39,785 nucleotides of DNA from Gammaproteobacteria bacterium (GTDB taxonomy: Bacteria > Pseudomonadota > Gammaproteobacteria > Ga0077536): positions 1-39,785 of the forward strand of contig CANFVX010000002.1 of the NCBI GenBank assembly GCA_947450495.1. The letters run 5' to 3'. Shown here piece after piece: positions 36,240-39,785 of this stretch (the stretch's first letter is position 1; each line of letters starts with the position of its first letter). The translations under genes were made by a program, and so were the position numbers. A model generated the notes under the pieces. That model saw only the letters and a program-made list of their open reading frames with translations, ran no database searches and was not told the DNA's origin.

Positions 36240-38609
36240 CTATCTCCTCAAGACTCCCCCGACTTCACGGGCCAATGCCGTCACGATAACGGCCATCTGA
36301 TGCTCAACCTCTTCTTCTTTTAGAGTGCTGGATGAGGCTTGGAAAAGCAAGCCTAGCGCGAGACTTTTTTTGCCCGAATCAATGCCTTGCCCCTGATAAA
36401 CATCAAACAACTGCAAGTCGCGGAGATGGGGGCCAGCGACGGCGCCAGCGACTTCCAGCACCTGCCGGGCAGACACCGCGGCGTCCACGATGACGGCAAT
36501 ATCACGCCGCACCGAGGGGAACCGCGACAGGGGGGTAAAGGCCGGTGTCACCGGGTCCTGCGTGGCTTCAAGGTTAATTTCGAAGACCACAGGCGCGACA
36601 TCGATCTCCATCTGCTTACAGATGGCGGGGTGAACCGTACCGATAAAGCCGAGCGTGACGCCGTTTTGAACAATGCGGGCGGTCTGACCGGGATGAAGCG
36701 CCGGATGAGTCCCGGGCACGAACTCAACGCTGGGCTGACGCAGCGCGCGGAATACTGCTATCAAATCTTGCTTGAGGTCGTAAAAATCATAGTGACGACC
36801 ATCGCTGCCCCACTGCTCGGGCAACGCGCGGCCGGTCGCCACTGCGGCGAGCGCGGTTTCCTGCACCAGCTCATCGCCATCGCGCAGGAAACGCATGCCG
36901 GATTCAAACAGGCGGATGTCGGTCTGCTGGCGATTGCGGTTGGCGCGTAGCGAGCTTAGGAGGCCCGGCAAGAGGCTGGGACGCATCACCGCGAGATCTT
37001 TGGCAATCGGGTTCGCGAGTTGAATCGGCAACTGCGTGGGCGCAAAGGCGGCGACCAGGGATTCAGCGATAAAGCTGTAGGTGATAGCTTCGAAGAAACC
37101 GCGGTCTACCAGCGCGTGACGGGCGTCATCAACGCGATCCGCCTTTGAGGGGAGCGCGAGCTCCAGTCCCAGCCTGGGCAAAGCCACGGGCAACTGGTCG
37201 TATCCCACAATGCGCGCGACTTCTTCAATGAGATCGACTTCGCGCGTGATGTCAAAGCGCCACGAGGGTGCCGCCACCCGCCAAGGCAAGGCTTGGTCAG
37301 TCACGTTCATGCCAAGTCGCTCAAAAATTTGCCGGATTGCCGGTTCTGGAACCGTCATACCAAGCAGGCCTTGAATTCTGGCCGGTCTAAAGGTCATGGT
37401 TTCGCCTACGGCCTTATGGCTAGGCGCCACAACGTCAATCACCGGGCCCGGCTGGCCGCCTGCCAGCGCGACCAGCAGCTCGGTGGCGCGTTCAATCGCT
37501 CGCACCTGCCCCGCCGGATCCACGCCCCGCTCGAAACGATGCGCAGCATCAGTGTGCAGATTGAAGCGGCGGGCAGTGCGGGCAAGGCAGATCGGGTCAA
37601 AAAACGCACTTTCGAAGAAGATGTCGCGCGTGTCATCGGTCACGCTACTGTCCAGACCGCCCATCACACCGGCGAGCGCGACCGGTCCGTTTTCGTCCGC
37701 GATGACTAAAGATGACGTATCTAATTCGAGCGCTGTGTCATCCAGCAGATGCACCTGCTCGCCTTGGTTCGCCAAACGAACGGTTACACCACCGGTAAGT
37801 TTTTCAAGATCGAAAGCGTGCATCGGCTGGCCGAGTTCGAGCATGACGTAGTTGGTAACGTCAACCACAATATTGATCGAACGCACACCACAACGACGCA
37901 GCCGCTCCATCATCCAGAGTGGCGTTGGCGTTGAAACCGACACGCCTTGAACGACCCGACCACTGTATCGCGAGCAGTGCGTGGGCGCGCTAAGCGAAAC
38001 GGTGCGGCGGGAGTCGGTCAGCGCAGGCACGATTGCGACTGGCCGGTCGTTTAATGAACGCTCACAGAGCACCGAGAGTTCGCGTGCAATGCCCAACAAC
38101 GACAAGCAGTCGCCGCGATTGGGCGTAAGGCCGACTTCAAAAATCAGATCATCGAGTTTAAGGAACTCATCGAGGCGCGCCCCTAAGGGCGCGTCCGTTG
38201 GCAATTCAAGCAAGCCGGCAGCATCGTCACTGATGCCTAGTTCAGCCGCCGAACACAGCATGCCCTCCGAGACAATGCCCCGGATTTCGGCGGTTTCGAT
38301 GCGCTTTCCGCTTGGCAAGGTAGTGCCTGGCGGCAGGTACGGATAGGTCTTACCGGCCGTGACATTCGGTGCGCCGCACACCACGGTAACCGTGGGATTA
38401 TCGCCCAGAGAGACCTGGCAGAGTTTGAGATTATTAGCTTGGGGATGAGGCTCAACCGCCTCGACGCGCGCGACCAGCGCCTGAACATTAGCCGCGACCG
38501 GCGACACGTCGTCTATTTCGAGCCCGGCCATGGTCAAACGCGCGGCCAACTGCTCGGCATTCAAATCCAGCGCGATCCAGTCGTTCAACCATTCTCGGGT
38601 AAATTTCAT
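36240..38609 (-). CDS. pheT: phenylalanine--tRNA ligase beta subunit
   Basis: 789 aa, starts [11 protein letters not shown], with tRNA-binding, B3/4, B5 and FDX-ACB regions in the usual order. Follows pheS. Confidence 0.96.
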   Translation of the reverse strand: MKFTREWLNDWIALDLNAEQLAARLTMAGLEIDDVSPVAANVQALVARVEAVEPHPQANNLKLCQVSLGDNPTVTVVCGAPNVTAGKTYPYLPPGTTLPSGKRIETAEIRGIVSEGMLCSAAELGISDDAAGLLELPTDAPLGARLDEFLKLDDLIFEVGLTPNRGDCLSLLGIARELSVLCERSLNDRPVAIVPALTDSRRTVSLSAPTHCSRYSGRVVQGVSVSTPTPLWMMERLRRCGVRSINIVVDVTNYVMLELGQPMHAFDLEKLTGGVTVRLANQGEQVHLLDDTALELDTSSLVIADENGPVALAGVMGGLDSSVTDDTRDIFFESAFFDPICLARTARRFNLHTDAAHRFERGVDPAGQVRAIERATELLVALAGGQPGPVIDVVAPSHKAVGETMTFRPARIQGLLGMTVPEPAIRQIFERLGMNVTDQALPWRVAAPSWRFDITREVDLIEEVARIVGYDQLPVALPRLGLELALPSKADRVDDARHALVDRGFFEAITYSFIAESLVAAFAPTQLPIQLANPIAKDLAVMRPSLLPGLLSSLRANRNRQQTDIRLFESGMRFLRDGDELVQETALAAVATGRALPEQWGSDGRHYDFYDLKQDLIAVFRALRQPSVEFVPGTHPALHPGQTARIVQNGVTLGFIGTVHPAICKQMEIDVAPVVFEINLEATQDPVTPAFTPLSRFPSVRRDIAVIVDAAVSARQVLEVAGAVAGPHLRDLQLFDVYQGQGIDSGKKSLALGLLFQASSSTLKEEEVEHQMAVIVTALAREVGGVLRR

Positions 38610-38627
38610 GGGAGTTTCGCAATAAGC

Positions 38628-39686
<1,059 letters not shown>

Positions 39687-39712
39687 TCATCAAAATTGAG
39701 TAAGTCGCTACT

Positions 39713-39785
39713 TCAGGCAGCAAGCGCCGCTTTCGCCTGCTCCGCAAGAACCGCGAAGGCTTCCGGCTCGTGCACGGCCAAGTCA
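39713..39785 (-). CDS. rplT: 50S ribosomal protein L20, C-terminal end only (gene runs off the right edge)
   Basis: Hand translation of the minus strand gives ...DLAVHEPEAFAVLAEQAKAALAA*, which matches the conserved L20 C-terminus (E. coli ...FTALVEKAKAALA). rplT-pheS synteny. Confidence 0.8.
   Translation of the reverse strand, partial: DLAVHEPEAFAVLAEQAKAALAA

Overview
High-GC proteobacterial (beta/gamma-like) chromosomal segment, almost entirely coded on the minus strand. Positions 1-32762 hold a near-complete exosortase A (XrtA)/PEP-CTERM exopolysaccharide locus. It encodes glycosyltransferases, an O-antigen-ligase-like polymerase, an XrtA-EpsI fusion, FemAB-like and deacetylase enzymes, an ExeA-like ATPase, an outer-membrane barrel and a Wzz/tyrosine-kinase/Wza-like export trio. 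It also encodes the TPR lipoprotein PrsT, one PEP-CTERM substrate gene, the PrsK/PrsR sigma54 two-component pair and the priming sugar transferase. Positions 32971-39785 are housekeeping genes: glmS, a Sel1-repeat lipoprotein, tRNA-Pro(GGG), a merR-like gene, ihfA, pheT, pheS and the rplT 3' end. The part most worth follow-up is an accessory block at about 20047-27904, wedged between the PEP-CTERM gene and prsR. It contains a Tat-signal Cys-containing orphan protein, a PqqD-like peptide-binding protein, an HprK-related kinase, a divergent NTP_transf_5-type nucleotidyltransferase, a Zn-ribbon/PP-loop ATPase, an AMP-forming ligase, a thioester-reductase-type SDR and a FeeM/LuxI-like acyltransferase. 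This looks like a RiPP-style recognition/modification toolkit joined to acyl-activation chemistry, with no visible short precursor gene and, to my knowledge, no established function. A good -24/-12 sigma54 promoter with an upstream 19-bp palindrome precedes the PEP-CTERM gene. No CRISPR array, transposase, integrase or rRNA was seen. All family assignments come from reading the translations and from memory of family signatures; no searches were run.
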